Shown piece after piece: positions 63,665 to 64,000 of a DNA stretch of 64,000 bases; within the stretch, counting starts at the first letter, position 1; each line of letters begins with the position of its first letter. Both the position numbers and the translations under genes were made by a program. Below the pieces are notes generated by a model. It made no database searches, was not told the origin of the DNA, and worked only from the letters and a program-made list of their open reading frames with translations. Origin of the DNA: Chlorokybus atmophyticus (Eukaryota; Plantae; Mesostigma and Chlorokybus algae); contig RHPI01000008.1 in the NCBI GenBank assembly GCA_009103225.1, forward strand, positions 573,412 through 637,411, read 5' to 3'.

Positions 63665-63729
63665 GGAATTGAACCTGAGACGTCAAGCTCCGAAACCATT
63701 GTAACAATTGGGGCCCGACCACTAGGCTA
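63665..63729 (-). promoter_or_regulatory. Type-2 Pol III promoter: A box TAGCCTAGTGG (63729-63719) and B box GGTTCAATTCC (63675-63665)
   Basis: Both match the consensus (TRGCNNARYGG; GGTTCRANNCC); starts are 54 nt apart. Confidence 0.75.
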
Positions 63730-64000
63730 TGGTAGTAAAAGACACTACCATGAGTGAGGTCTGTCACAATTTATCCCAATTCGTGACATTCCTCCCCAAT
63801 TTAACCCATGAGTTCCTCATAATCCAATGAGGCACTAGCCCACGTCGCCGTTTTCGCGGCCGCACCACAATCGGTCGGTGCCCGCGGCCTGTTGGATCCG
63901 GCCAACGAACGGTCATGACCGACCGAACGGCCATCCTCACCGCGCGACCTGCCATCGCAGCGCGACCGCTCACGCGGCCTTAGGTTGAACTGGCTCGGCG

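Larger units (their letters stand above)
63279..64000 (-). mobile_element. Tandem array of a 421-bp TRIM (89-bp LTR + 332-bp internal region); continues beyond the window
   Basis: LTRs 63279-63367 and 63700-63788; on the - strand the PBS TGGTTTCGGAGC starts 1 nt after the LTR (63698-63687) and the PPT TGGGGAGGAA abuts the next LTR (63377-63368); the two units differ at one site over the ~300-bp overlap. Confidence 0.95.

Noticed and set aside
63655-63736. A/B-box region as a bona fide tRNA gene
   Set aside because: Acceptor, anticodon and T stems do not pair into a cloverleaf; only the promoter boxes are tRNA-like
63343-63973. Identical 69-aa ORFs in the TRIM units
   Set aside because: GTG start, GC-rich structured sequence, no recognisable domain, and they run into the LTR; probably fortuitous
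59864-64000. Tandem repeats as CRISPR-like arrays
   Set aside because: Units are contiguous whole duplications without unique spacers; eukaryotic context and no cas genes

Overview
Eukaryotic nuclear DNA with short spliceosomal introns and roughly 50-55% GC (by eye). Gene content (HASTY, ATX1/2-type, group-II MSL, plant-type START protein) points to a streptophyte green alga such as Chlorokybus; this is inference. The window has three zones. (1) 1-8.9 kb: degenerate dispersed repeats, a small spliced coiled-coil gene and a truncated Plavaka transposase. (2) 8.9-38.8 kb: a compact block of conserved genes: POLD2 (+), MscS-like channel (-), tRNA-Ala(AGC), an AT-rich island, mitochondrial uL1 (-) head-to-head with HASTY/exportin-5 (+), a START-like protein (-) and an ATX-type H3K4 methyltransferase (+). 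(3) 39.5-64 kb: a deeply nested retroelement cluster. It contains a Ty3/gypsy element with a C5-cytosine methyltransferase, split by a chromovirus that carries a Dam-like domain, which is itself split by a non-autonomous Copia. It also contains a PHD-tailed integrase, Chlamys-type Penelope pieces, several Copia LTRs, a Ulp1 protease gene and a tandem array of a 421-bp TRIM. The most unusual signal is that TRIM: 89-bp LTRs, a solo LTR with a perfect 5-bp TSD, and a tRNA-type Pol III promoter split across the LTR/PBS junction (A box in U5, B box internal). Its only T4 terminator lies just upstream of the A box, inside an 8-bp hairpin.
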